From assembly GCA_048886685.1 (NCBI GenBank), contig JBHLKM010000002.1, positions 167,532 to 231,531 of the forward strand: a DNA stretch of 64,000 bases, given 5' to 3'. Origin of the DNA: Candidatus Hodarchaeota archaeon. Lineage in GTDB: Archaea > Asgardarchaeota > Lokiarchaeia > Sigyniarchaeales > SOKP01. The notes under the pieces are model-generated. The model saw only the letters and a list, made by a program, of their open reading frames with translations, searched no databases and was not told where the DNA came from. The translations under genes were made by a program, and so were the position numbers. Positions 51,539-62,172 of this stretch are shown here, piece after piece; the stretch's first letter is position 1, and every line of letters starts with the position of its first letter.

Positions 51539-52432
51539 TTATTTTGAACGATCTAAAATAAATTCTCCTAGTTTTCCAAACTTCTTAATATTATTATATA
51601 AGTTTGGAGAATTTTCTTCTAAAAAACTCCTAAATACATCCCAATTCTCTTTTTTTTCTCTAGGTGCTTCCTTTATTATCATTTTCATAGCTTCAAAATC
51701 GCTGGGATATATCAACTCATCATTTACTTTATTTGCCATATCAGATAGAACAAACAAGTAATAATCATTTAAATCTTCAGGATCGAGTACACCTGGAGGT
51801 TTATTCCCATCACCAGCTCGTCTCCCGCGTAACATTTTTGTATCCACTTTTATAGGAAGTATCATGTTTACCAGAATATTTTCTCTTTTATATTCTGTAG
51901 CTAATTCTCTTTGTAATCCTACCACCCCGTATTTCGAAGCAGTATATGAGGAAAATCTACCCATCATTGAGGGATATACAGCGCTTCCAGTTATGATAAA
52001 CCTTGCTTTATTATCCTTATCATCTTTATCTAAATATGGATAAGCGGCTCTAAATGTGTAAAAAACACCTAAAATATTTGTATTAATAACCATTTCAAAT
52101 TTCTCTGGAGGTATTTCGTGAGCACTGGCCATCCAAGACGCACCCGCGTTGGCAATTACTCCGTTAAAATTCCCTAAATCACCATTGAATGTCATAAATG
52201 CCTCTAGAACTTCAGGTAATTTTGTAATATCTGCTGTTTTAATAACACATTTATTATCAATCCCTAGACCATCAATCTCCTCTTTTACCTCTTTTAGCTG
52301 ATCAAAGGTTCTTGAAGTTAATCCAAGATCTGCCCCTTCCTTAGCACATGCTATTGCTACAGCTCTTCCTATACCTCTCCCTGCACCTGTAATAACAATA
52401 CTTTTTCCTTTCAGTATCATTCTATTATTCAC
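51539..52432 (-). CDS. SDR family oxidoreductase
   Basis: ITGAGRGIG, NAG, YTASK. Confidence 0.9.
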   Translation of the reverse strand: MNNRMILKGKSIVITGAGRGIGRAVAIACAKEGADLGLTSRTFDQLKEVKEEIDGLGIDNKCVIKTADITKLPEVLEAFMTFNGDLGNFNGVIANAGASWMASAHEIPPEKFEMVINTNILGVFYTFRAAYPYLDKDDKDNKARFIITGSAVYPSMMGRFSSYTASKYGVVGLQRELATEYKRENILVNMILPIKVDTKMLRGRRAGDGNKPPGVLDPEDLNDYYLFVLSDMANKVNDELIYPSDFEAMKMIIKEAPREKKENWDVFRSFLEENSPNLYNNIKKFGKLGEFILDRSK

Positions 52433-52481
52433 AATTTTAAATGAAATTAATTTATTAAAAAAGCAAAACTAATTTTAAATT

Positions 52482-53621
52482 TTAAGATGCTTTAAATGCT
52501 TCATTAATAGCTGAGCAGCCTCCACAGCGAACACATCCCGCCTTATTTTTTAATGGATTAAGGCCATATTCTCTCATCAGTGCACCACTTCTTTGATACA
52601 TATCCAATAAATCATTGCAGTCGGTTAAGGGGAGACTATACTTCCCAGGAATAGATCTTACAGGAGTTATATATGGAATTACTCCAATTGAAACAAGTCT
52701 TTCTACATCTTTCAAAAAATTACCTTTTTCTTCCCCAAAACCAGTCAAAACATAACTGCTGACTTGATTATCCCCAAATACGCTAATAGCATGCTTCCAA
52801 TTTTCTTCAAATAGTTGATGAGATAGGTGAAATTTTCCAGGAGTAATATCTCTTCTTAAATTTTCATTAAGTACTTCAATATGAATTCCGATTGTGTCTG
52901 CGCCAGCTTCTTTCAATTTGTTAATATACTCCAGATCTTCTAATGCTTCAATTTGTACATGTAAAGGAATATCCGGATGATTTATTTTAACTCCTTTTAG
53001 TAATTCAATATAACGATTAGCGCCCTTATCAATTGTTTCATCTGTCCCACTCGTTAAGGTCATATGATTACACCTTCCTTCCTTTTTAGCAGCATCTATG
53101 ACTTCTGACATCTGTTTAGCATTTTTTTCTTCAATAGTAGAGTCATTTTGTAAACTGACTTCAATTCCACAGAATGAGCATGCTTCACCACATCCCCAAT
53201 ATACACACTTCTGATAGATAGTACTTGCGAGACAATCGATTCCATGAACTAAAGCAATTTTTTTCATCGGTATTCCATCTGAAGTTTTGAATTCAGGATT
53301 ATAGAATCGAGGATTCCGGATTAGTTTTAAACGAGCAAAAAATTCATTTCTTTTATCATTATAGACCTCGAAATAATCTTCTTTATTCTCTTGTAAGAAT
53401 AATTCTGTTCTTTTAGGATCATTCCATAAGGCTACATTTGTCAAAGTAAGCCCATCTTCTAATAAAAAATATCTCCCTCCAGAGGGTCCAGCTCCTCCTT
53501 TTCTCCCATAATCAATATTTATTCCTTGATCTTTATAATGTTCAATTAATCTCTCATCTAGATATAAACCTTTACAAAGTAATTCCGTCTTAATCTTTAA
53601 CGCTTGTCGAATGTTTATCAT
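52482..53621 (-). CDS. radical SAM protein (MSMEG_0568-like)
   Basis: RKGGAGPS, KIALVHG, C-x8-CSFC, KAGCVRCGGCS. Confidence 0.8.
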   Translation of the reverse strand: MINIRQALKIKTELLCKGLYLDERLIEHYKDQGINIDYGRKGGAGPSGGRYFLLEDGLTLTNVALWNDPKRTELFLQENKEDYFEVYNDKRNEFFARLKLIRNPRFYNPEFKTSDGIPMKKIALVHGIDCLASTIYQKCVYWGCGEACSFCGIEVSLQNDSTIEEKNAKQMSEVIDAAKKEGRCNHMTLTSGTDETIDKGANRYIELLKGVKINHPDIPLHVQIEALEDLEYINKLKEAGADTIGIHIEVLNENLRRDITPGKFHLSHQLFEENWKHAISVFGDNQVSSYVLTGFGEEKGNFLKDVERLVSIGVIPYITPVRSIPGKYSLPLTDCNDLLDMYQRSGALMREYGLNPLKNKAGCVRCGGCSAINEAFKAS

Positions 53622-53791
53622 TATTTTTGATTAAAATAATAATTATTAGAGGACTGCGGGAGAAATGTTTTAAAAATATTAATATTAATAAAATTTTTTA
53701 ATTATTCTTCATGGAATTTAAATATCTAACTTATTTAACTTTAAGTTTTATTATAAATAAATTTAAATAAATCAACACGAGTAGGTTAAAA

Positions 53792-54424
53792 ATGGCCACT
53801 AAGAGGCCCTGGCATTGTTACAATCGCTGGACAAGGAGACCTTATCAGCACAAGAGATCTGCTAATCATCGAAGGGAATATGCTCGCGGAGGTTCTCAAT
53901 CTAAGATTGTACGCTACTGGGGTGGGAATAAAAGTATTGATTGGCAAGATTGGGAACTTGTTGTAGGGCTTAAAGTTGACAGACAGATTCAAATCTCTTC
54001 TAATACCCTCGAAGCAATTAGGATTACAATTAACGGTGTTCTTCAGCGTAAATTAGGAAGACAAAATTTCCGATTACGAGTACGGCCTAAACCATTTCAA
54101 AAAATTCGAGAGAATCGTATGTTAGCCTTTGCAGGTGCAGATAGAGTGCAATCAGGCATGAGAAATTCTTTTGGTCGGTCAATGGGCGTAGCTGCCAGAG
54201 TTAAGGCAGGACAAGTTATAGTCGATGTTGGAACTCACATTAGAAATCTCCCATTAGTAAGAGATCGACTTCGTGTTGCTTCCATGAAAATATCAGGTCC
54301 CTGTCAAATTGTTATTCTAAATTACAAAACTCCTGAACTTTTGAAACGATCAGGACTACCTTTGTATGATGCTAAGAAAAGAAAAGAAATACCTCTTTAT
54401 GAAATGGAATTTGCAACCACTTAA
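53792..54424 (+). CDS. rpl10e: ribosomal protein uL16 (L10e)
   Basis: RPWHCY, LEAIRI, RENRMLAFAGADRVQSGMRNSFG. Confidence 0.95.
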   Translation: MATKRPWHCYNRWTRRPYQHKRSANHRREYARGGSQSKIVRYWGGNKSIDWQDWELVVGLKVDRQIQISSNTLEAIRITINGVLQRKLGRQNFRLRVRPKPFQKIRENRMLAFAGADRVQSGMRNSFGRSMGVAARVKAGQVIVDVGTHIRNLPLVRDRLRVASMKISGPCQIVILNYKTPELLKRSGLPLYDAKKRKEIPLYEMEFATT

Positions 54425-54591
54425 AATAAAACTTTGATTAGATATGTTCTGTTTTCACCTTTTTTTTTGTTCTTTAGAAACAAATTACATTCATTTCCAC
54501 TGAATTAAATTCATGAAATTTATTATAAATTTAGGTAAGAATAAAATTCAGTCACCACAACTTTCTTATTTCAACCCAGGTGTATTCATAA

Positions 54592-54918
54592 ATGGAAGCG
54601 AATAAAAGTAAGAAAAATAGCAATAAAACTAAATCTATGGATAATATTACTGATAGTGGTGTTTTAAAAAAGAAATCAACTATTTCCACTATCCATGTAT
54701 TCGAATCTGATACACGATCAACTCCAATATTTAAAATAGCAAGGAAAAAGAGTTCAAAAAAAAATAAATTTAGAACGGGAAAAACCAAACTGCGTCTATT
54801 AGCAAATAAGGAAACAGATAAAAGTTCCTGGACTCCTGAAATGCGACTTGGATATTGTAAACATTCAATGAGAAAATTTGTCTCTCCCAGAGAATTACAA
54901 AATCCATGGGACTCTTAG
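54592..54918 (+). CDS. hypothetical basic protein
   Basis: 108-aa Lys-rich ORF followed by a T-tract. Confidence 0.5.
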   Translation: MEANKSKKNSNKTKSMDNITDSGVLKKKSTISTIHVFESDTRSTPIFKIARKKSSKKNKFRTGKTKLRLLANKETDKSSWTPEMRLGYCKHSMRKFVSPRELQNPWDS

Positions 54919-55056
54919 TTTCTTATTCTTTTTTTATTTCAATCTTCAAAAGTCTTATTAAATATACTCGTTGAATTTATAAGTTGAATTATAAACTATA
55001 ATAAATTTTGTATATTCTTAAAATTAATAAATATTAAAACAATTTGGATATTAAAC

Positions 55057-56406
55057 TTGAAAAATCTCGAGCCTTTCTTTAATCCTAAAAGCATTCTAAT
55101 AGTTGGGGCATCTAGAAAAGCCTATACATTTAGTTATACCATCCTGAAAAATCTATTAGAGATATTTTACAGGGGCAAACTGTTTATTTTAAATCCTAAT
55201 GCTGATGAGATTTTGGGGATAAAATCCTATCATTCAATAGAGCAATTACCAGAAATCCCAGAACTCGCTGTTATTGTTCTAGGTAAAGAAATACCTCATG
55301 TATTTGAGAAGTTAGCGAAATTTGGGATCAAAAATATAGCAATTGAATCTGAATTAAGGATAGACACCACCGATCCAGATTTGATTGAAAAATTGACTCG
55401 AATTAGTAAAGAATATGGAGTTTCATATATGGGGCCCTCTATGCTTGGTATCATTAATTTTATAAACAATTTTACTACTTCAATCATCCCGGTAAGACAA
55501 TATCTTATGCAAAAACATCGAAAGGTAAAAGGAGGAGTAAGTCTTATAGCTCAATCTGGGGGATTAGCTGGTGCGATGGGATGGTGGAACCCTTCACAAG
55601 ACTTGCCTATATCTAAAGTGATTCATTTAGGATATGGATTTGATATTAATGACGCTGATATACTCGATTATTTTAAAGAAGATAATACAACGAAGGTTAT
55701 TTCTCTCTTTCTTAGGGAAATTACAGAAGGAATAATTAAATCTGTGAAAGAATTAGCATCCCTTAAACCAGTATTATTCTTCTACGTTGGAAGAGAGGAA
55801 CAAAAGGAGCAGGAATTAATAAAAGCAGGTGGAATTGCTGTTACCAATTATATCGAATTATTTGAATTCGCAAAGATTTTTCTATGGTGTCCGGAACCTA
55901 AAAGTCCTAATCTAGGCATTATAGGACCAAGTTCGGGTGCCATCTATCTTATTATTAAAGAAATGCGGAAACAAGGTTTATCTTTAGCGAAACTAACTAA
56001 TGATCATAAAAATATAATTCTTGAGAAGGTTGGAGGATCTACTTGTGATTTAGGAAATCCGGTTGATTACTGGCCTCCTGAAAGGTTTGTAGGTACTAAG
56101 ATTTGTGAAATTTATAACACTTCTTCTAAAATATTATTAAATGATGATGCTGTTGACGGTTTAATTTTAGCTTTAGAATTTTTTACAGAAATTGAGTTTG
56201 ATTTTAATATTTTTAAGAATATAAAAAATTCAAATCCAGATAAACCAATTATTACTATCTTAATTCAAGCGGAACATGAAGGAGTAAAAAGAGTTATTAA
56301 AACTGCCTCAGAATTAAAAATACCTGTATTCGAAAACGAAGTTGAACGAGCAGTAAGAGGATTTAAAATACTCTATGAATGGTATTCAAAAATAAAAAGG
56401 AAATAA
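55057..56406 (+). CDS. ADP-forming acyl-CoA synthetase alpha-subunit-like protein lacking the phospho-His segment
   Basis: FFNPKSILIVGAS, GPSMLG, AQSGG, NPVD; no SHTG motif after KPV. Confidence 0.75.
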   Translation: MKNLEPFFNPKSILIVGASRKAYTFSYTILKNLLEIFYRGKLFILNPNADEILGIKSYHSIEQLPEIPELAVIVLGKEIPHVFEKLAKFGIKNIAIESELRIDTTDPDLIEKLTRISKEYGVSYMGPSMLGIINFINNFTTSIIPVRQYLMQKHRKVKGGVSLIAQSGGLAGAMGWWNPSQDLPISKVIHLGYGFDINDADILDYFKEDNTTKVISLFLREITEGIIKSVKELASLKPVLFFYVGREEQKEQELIKAGGIAVTNYIELFEFAKIFLWCPEPKSPNLGIIGPSSGAIYLIIKEMRKQGLSLAKLTNDHKNIILEKVGGSTCDLGNPVDYWPPERFVGTKICEIYNTSSKILLNDDAVDGLILALEFFTEIEFDFNIFKNIKNSNPDKPIITILIQAEHEGVKRVIKTASELKIPVFENEVERAVRGFKILYEWYSKIKRK

Positions 56407-56416
56407 AAATTATTCT

Positions 56417-57664
56417 TTAGAAAATATCTTTAAATTCTTCCGGAATTTCTGTGGATTCATCCATAAGTGAAAGGGCATAAACAGATTCTTCACATTTGCA
56501 CTTCTTTGCTTCAAACAAATAAAATTTAAACTGATTTCTCCAATTACAGATTTGAACATTATCAATTTCAGCAATTTCGCCACAAACACAGTAAATTGCC
56601 ATTGTTTCTGAATAATTGGGGATGATAGTCTTAAAATCATTAGGAGCTTTACTAAACTCACACTCATTTAAGAGCTTATTAATTTTGTCAGCAAATAAAT
56701 CTTTAAGTGTAGGAACAAAATATTCAATAACTCCATCTTTCCCTTTCATTTCTGTAAGGGCGACGAAATTTTTTTCAGGTTTTTGCGCTTTTTTCCCAGG
56801 AATTATTGGTTGTTGATATTGTTGTAGGTTCTCTGGTATCGGGAATGGTTCCATTCCTGGAGGATATTCAAACGTGAAAAAGTATTGCATAAACCCTCGA
56901 ACAGCTCTCTGGTTTATTAGGTTCAAATTTTCATAATCTCTACTGAAAAGTGTAAATTTGATTAATTGAAGAGGTACTTCTAATTCCAACAGTCGAGATC
57001 TAATATTGTTCAATAGCTCTCTAGCAAAACTTTTTAAGACCATTATATCATCTCGGGTTTCTACATAGATCTCATTCTTGTTTTCTTCTTTAAATAGGAA
57101 CCATTTTTTTACTACGCTTCCTCTTATTAATTGAGGCATTAAGCATATAAAACACAAGATAGGAAAGAAGATAAAGTAAAGGTTAGCAAAAATAGGGAAA
57201 ATTGTTAACACTGTTAGCAAAGCAAATAATGGTAATGTAATATATAAAGATAATCTTCGTAAACGTTTATTTACATTAGATTTGATACCTTTACTCGCAG
57301 CTATTGATTCTGTTTTATTCTTAACATTTTGGATTATACCAATTATATTTTTTGAATCAAATGATTGTTTTAATAATTTTTCTTCCTCTCTCTCCAGTTG
57401 TAGTGAGTTCATATATGTCGTCATTCGTTCCAGGTTTTGTTCCACGATACGATCCTTAAAAATAAATTCTAATGTATCTTCAGAAAAGAAATCAAGAAAG
57501 CGAACTATGAAAAGTTTTTTCTCAACCTCTTCGATGTCCTTGGGATTTAAACCTAAGGCTTCTTGAACAATTTGACCTTGTGTCCTTTTTCTAGGCTTCT
57601 CACTCTGACGCCTCTTCTTCAAATTCTCTTCTTTGTTATTCTCCTCGTTTTCAAGTTCATTCAT
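56417..57664 (-). CDS. hypothetical 2-TM membrane protein with Cys-containing C-terminal domain
   Basis: Central hydrophobic hairpin; CVCG...C...CKC. Confidence 0.6.
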   Translation of the reverse strand: MNELENEENNKEENLKKRRQSEKPRKRTQGQIVQEALGLNPKDIEEVEKKLFIVRFLDFFSEDTLEFIFKDRIVEQNLERMTTYMNSLQLEREEEKLLKQSFDSKNIIGIIQNVKNKTESIAASKGIKSNVNKRLRRLSLYITLPLFALLTVLTIFPIFANLYFIFFPILCFICLMPQLIRGSVVKKWFLFKEENKNEIYVETRDDIMVLKSFARELLNNIRSRLLELEVPLQLIKFTLFSRDYENLNLINQRAVRGFMQYFFTFEYPPGMEPFPIPENLQQYQQPIIPGKKAQKPEKNFVALTEMKGKDGVIEYFVPTLKDLFADKINKLLNECEFSKAPNDFKTIIPNYSETMAIYCVCGEIAEIDNVQICNWRNQFKFYLFEAKKCKCEESVYALSLMDESTEIPEEFKDIF

Positions 57665-57928
57665 AATTTTTACAAAATTTCAATTTTATAATATAATGTA
57701 TGTAATAAATTACAGATAATTAACTTTTTTAAAATATTTTAGAAATAAGGATCTTTGCTAATATATTCTAAAATATTACTACCACTTTGGTAATAAAATA
57801 AAATCATCCCTTTCTTCTATGTAGTAAAAATATTTTGAGTAAAGATTAATAAAATATAAAAACAACTCTTTAAAAGATAGTTATTCTTTTTCATATTAAA
57901 GAATATAAAATAGTTAAGTGTAGAGATT

Positions 57929-58159
57929 ATGGATAAAGAAAAAATTAAAACTGTAATTGAAAAAATTCGACCACAACTCCAGATGGACGGTGGAGACGTT
58001 GAATTGGTTGATATTTCTGACGATGGAATCGTTAAAGTTCGACTAATGGGACATTGTGCGGGATGTCCAATGTCTCAGCAAACAGTAAAATTCGGAATTG
58101 AACGCGCCTTAAAAACACACATCCCAGAAGTTAAAGAAGTCGTCAGTGTTCCATTTTAA
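57929..58159 (+). CDS. NifU/Nfu-type Fe-S scaffold
   Basis: IRPQLQMDGGDVEL, GHCAGCPMS. Confidence 0.92.
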   Translation: MDKEKIKTVIEKIRPQLQMDGGDVELVDISDDGIVKVRLMGHCAGCPMSQQTVKFGIERALKTHIPEVKEVVSVPF

Positions 58160-58240
58160 AGAATTTTAAATAATTCTTTTTTATTTTCTCCTTTTTTAAT
58201 TATAGTTAAAGAAACTTAAAAATACAGTTCATGAATAATC

Positions 58241-58633
58241 ATGAATCATGAAGATTTCCTTGAAAAATTGAATAGCGCACGGGAGTTAATGTCTCAAGAG
58301 AAGTATTTTGAAGCAATAAAAATTCTGGATAACTTGAAAAATATAGAAAAAATCAGTGGAATCGACTACAACTACAATTTAATACATCAACTATATCAAT
58401 TAGATTCTAACTGTAATTCAGCTTTTAATCAACAAATAATTCTCGAACAAATTAGAAAACTTTCAAGTAAAAAGACATCGATATCTTTTAAGGAGCTTAA
58501 TCTAGTATTAAGAGAGAAAAGTGAAGTAAATATTAATGAAGAAATTTTAAAAAGGGAAATTGAACTACTAATTTTAAGGAATCTTTTGAAGTGTGAATTA
58601 AAAGGAAACCAGCTTATCTTTTCTTCCCCTTGA
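58241..58633 (+). CDS. small helical plus winged-helix (PCI-like) protein
   Basis: TPR-like N-terminal helices; ISFKEL...IELLILRNLLKCELKGNQL. Confidence 0.5.
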   Translation: MNHEDFLEKLNSARELMSQEKYFEAIKILDNLKNIEKISGIDYNYNLIHQLYQLDSNCNSAFNQQIILEQIRKLSSKKTSISFKELNLVLREKSEVNINEEILKREIELLILRNLLKCELKGNQLIFSSP

Positions 58634-58746
58634 TTGAAATCACATGAAAATAGTTTTCTCTTAATTATAAATAAACTAAAAAAACCTCGGTTTTTAAAAA
58701 GCTATTTTTAAAGTTGAAAGTAAACATGTTTTAAGTTGAGCTATAC

Positions 58747-59340
58747 TTGATTATTGACCATGTTGATAAAACAATAAGTATTAAAATAGTTTATTTTGGA
58801 CCAGCACTCTCAGGGAAGACTACCTCAATTAAGACCTTATTCTCTCATTTTGGGAAAGAAGATAAGATCCTTAGTATAGAAAGTACAATAAATCGAACTT
58901 TATTTTTTGATTACGGTATAGTTTCTTTTCAGAACCAGGATTGGATTCTTAAAATTAGTGTCTATACAACAACCGGTCAAAATTTCTACTTAATAACTAG
59001 ACCAATTACTTTAAAAGCGGTCGATGGTATTATATTCGTCCTTGACTCGCAAAGAGATGTCTATGAACGTAATATGATTTCATGGAGGGAATTAATCTCT
59101 TATTTTGGGGATTCACTGGATGAATTACCAATTTTAGTTGCTTTTAATAAACAAGATTTACCAAATAAATTTACCTCAACACGATTCCTAAAAGACATTG
59201 ATTTTCATAAATATCGTAATATAGACTCAAGGTATACTATTGCTATAAGCGGAGAAGGTGTTTTGGAATGTTTCGAAGATATTTTAAGATTAATACTGAA
59301 AAAATATTACGATCATAAATTAATTTCTGCGATAAATTAA
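58747..59340 (+). CDS. MglA-like small Ras-superfamily GTPase
   Basis: KIVYFGPALSGKTT, RTLFFD, YTTTGQ, VDGIIFVLDS, NKQD. Confidence 0.85.
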   Translation: MIIDHVDKTISIKIVYFGPALSGKTTSIKTLFSHFGKEDKILSIESTINRTLFFDYGIVSFQNQDWILKISVYTTTGQNFYLITRPITLKAVDGIIFVLDSQRDVYERNMISWRELISYFGDSLDELPILVAFNKQDLPNKFTSTRFLKDIDFHKYRNIDSRYTIAISGEGVLECFEDILRLILKKYYDHKLISAIN

Positions 59341-59358
59341 TCTATTTTATTAAAATTT

Positions 59359-60573
59359 TTAGAAAAAGCTTGTAGTTGACACAGGTGATTGAATTCTAAT
59401 ACTCTGTTGGGTATTGTCTTCAATTATTGAAATAAGAGCTGAGATATCTTGTTTTATCTCATAAACTATTTCTTTCTCTTCACCTTTTTCCCAAGTATTA
59501 AATCCAGTTAAGTTTGGTGATGTTTCAAATAATCCCTCCTGTAATCCTAATACCTTAACTGTTACTCCATGAAGAACCTCTTTAGAGATATTTTTAATCT
59601 TTAATTTATATTTATCGATGTCAGAATCAATCGAAATTACCTTATAGGTTTTTTGAAACTTGGAAGAAACACCCTCAAATAAAGATGATGCTCCAGCAGT
59701 TCCACTAGCAAACAAATCCACCCCTACCTTTTCTTCAACCAAAGGAGTAGACGCTATATATATAGGGACTTCAAACTTTATCGGTTCCATGCCATATTCT
59801 GGTTTCTTTTTTCCAATGAATAATAGTTTCCATTGTGTATACGCTCCGTATCTAAAACCGAATTGTTCTTTTTCGGAGGGGGAATAAATAAAATTATAGG
59901 ATGGTTCAGCAATCTCGGGAACTTTCAGTAATAGAAATTCTTTTTCAAAATTTGTGGTTCGAACATCTCCAGCGATAGCAGGAGGTAATTCATCAACTTT
60001 GCTACAAGTTTGTCCATATGCCTCGCAATAGCAAACAATATTTGCATCTTGCAATAACCTTACTTCAAAATCTTTCAGTTCTTCTGAAGAAAAGTTAATT
60101 TTAATCGTTTCTCCAGGTTTAAATACATCCTTACTTAGCAAAATATTTAATCCTGATATAGAAAATGAGATCGGTTTTGGAATTTTTGCTTGGAAGCCGG
60201 AATCTTTTGCTTTTATCTCTATATCATGAGATTTATTAATTACTAAATCATCTTCTGGGTTGAGAGGATTAGGTTGTCTTAATATCAATTTTAAATAATA
60301 ATTTAATTTTCTGTTTTTAATAGTCGGTACAACGTTAGTTTTAATTAAAATAGATTTCTCTCTAATATATTCTCCTGCTTCAAAGCTTCCTTTTGAAAAT
60401 ATTTCTTCTTTTGAGACTTGTACTTCTTTTTGGCAAGGAGGATTTGTAATTAATCTAATGCCACTCCATAAAATATCAGTGTCTTCTTCAAAATTGAATT
60501 GAGTTCTGATATTTAATTTGTCCCCAATAAATACGGACCCATTATTCAAATCAGTTAACTGTAAATTTACCAA
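59359..60573 (-). CDS. putative arrestin-fold (arrestin/Vps26/SpoOM-like) protein
   Basis: Beta-rich; FEAGEY...VVPT...LNYYLKL (arrestin_N-like), LSKDVFKPGETIKI (arrestin_C-like), FEVPIYI. Confidence 0.55.
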   Translation of the reverse strand: MVNLQLTDLNNGSVFIGDKLNIRTQFNFEEDTDILWSGIRLITNPPCQKEVQVSKEEIFSKGSFEAGEYIREKSILIKTNVVPTIKNRKLNYYLKLILRQPNPLNPEDDLVINKSHDIEIKAKDSGFQAKIPKPISFSISGLNILLSKDVFKPGETIKINFSSEELKDFEVRLLQDANIVCYCEAYGQTCSKVDELPPAIAGDVRTTNFEKEFLLLKVPEIAEPSYNFIYSPSEKEQFGFRYGAYTQWKLLFIGKKKPEYGMEPIKFEVPIYIASTPLVEEKVGVDLFASGTAGASSLFEGVSSKFQKTYKVISIDSDIDKYKLKIKNISKEVLHGVTVKVLGLQEGLFETSPNLTGFNTWEKGEEKEIVYEIKQDISALISIIEDNTQQSIRIQSPVSTTSFF

Positions 60574-61294
60574 GTCTAAAAAGATTTTAAGTAATTTTTT
60601 ATATTAATTTTATAAAAAGATAGATTTTTATAAAAACTTTTTATTATCATTTGTTAAGATTTGACGATATAAGTAAATCCTTTTTTCATTTAGGATTTTT
60701 AACCAAATTTGTGAACTTTTCTATCTATTTTCGTCAATTGCATACTTCTACAAATTGATTTTTTTAGATAACTATAATGTAAATAGGTTAACTTCCTATT
60801 TAGAATTAATATAACAAAAGATCATTTGATATTATTAGATAGTGAAGTGGTCTTCAAAAATGCACTAATTAAATAGATTTTATTTAAGGGAAAACAAAAT
60901 TTAGTGTCATTCTTCTTTAGTAACTTCAGCAACTTTCTAAGTATACTGAACTTTACTCATGTTATAAATTGGATACCGATTTTCTATTAATATTTTAGCT
61001 AAGCATTTGGCACATTAATATACTTCTTTAGCTCTATCCGTAAAAAAGTACATAAACAAATTCTCTTATTTTAAACAGCCCTCACATCTCATATAATCAT
61101 TTTACCTTATAATTAAACTGAATAAAGACTTTTTGATTAAATTCTCAATAAACGAGTGTCTAAATTTTACTTCAAGATTTATTACATAAAAGTTAAGATT
61201 AAATACAAATTCTATTATATTTTTCTTTAAAATAACTTAATTTAAATCTGTTCAAATTTTATATTTACACTAATCTATTAGGTGATGATATTAC

Positions 61295-62143
61295 ATGCAT
61301 GAGCTTATATACTTCAGTATGTTTTTATTAACATTAATAAGAGTAATTGGATTTATTGTCTCTGTGAATTTTTACTACGAATCAAAATCTTATACATACA
61401 TTTATTTTACTATTGGTTGGTGTCTTTGGATTCTAGCAGGGATTGTTGCCTTACTTTCTGCCGTTGTTAAAAATCAAGTACAAGAAGATGTTTTTCTTTT
61501 GATTAATTATATTCTGGGACCTCTAGCAATATTTTTTTTAGGATCTGGCCTAAGCTCCTATTATATTAATATCTCTTCTAATAAAATTAAATTAATCTCT
61601 GCGGTTCTATTAATTTTTCCATTAATCATTAATTTCTCTTTGGGAATGAATCCTGTCGCTATATATGCCCGGATCTTTCAGTTTTTTGGAATAATCCAAA
61701 TGTTTTCATTACCTTTTTTAAAGTATAATACTTTTAAGGAAAAGATTGGAAAAAGCATTAGATGGTATTATCTGACTTGCCTTTCAATAATTCTCTATAT
61801 ACCATTAGCAATTTTAAGCATGTTAATTTCTTTAAATTCTGGCTCATTTCAAAGTCAAGATATTACTATGATCGTTGGAGCTTATACCTCCATTATTATA
61901 ATGACTATTTTAGTGATAGCTTTTATAATTCATTTAGAATACACTATATCTAATAAACAACAGAATCAATTGAAAGATAAATATTCTCACAACTTGGGCA
62001 ATATCATGCAAGTAATTTATAGTTCTGCCGATCTTTTTAAAAGGATTACCAAGTTAGATAAAATTGATAAAGATAAATTGGATTTAATTGAAAGAAAATG
62101 TAAAGAAGCTTCCGAGTTAATTAAGGAGATAAGAAAAATTTAA
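61295..62143 (+). CDS. 7-TM membrane sensor with HisKA-like H-box but no ATPase domain
   Basis: About seven hydrophobic segments, then DKYSHNLGNIMQVI and a helical hairpin, then stop. Confidence 0.65.
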   Translation: MHELIYFSMFLLTLIRVIGFIVSVNFYYESKSYTYIYFTIGWCLWILAGIVALLSAVVKNQVQEDVFLLINYILGPLAIFFLGSGLSSYYINISSNKIKLISAVLLIFPLIINFSLGMNPVAIYARIFQFFGIIQMFSLPFLKYNTFKEKIGKSIRWYYLTCLSIILYIPLAILSMLISLNSGSFQSQDITMIVGAYTSIIIMTILVIAFIIHLEYTISNKQQNQLKDKYSHNLGNIMQVIYSSADLFKRITKLDKIDKDKLDLIERKCKEASELIKEIRKI

Positions 62144-62172
62144 GATACATCATCTCAATAAAAATTAATGGT

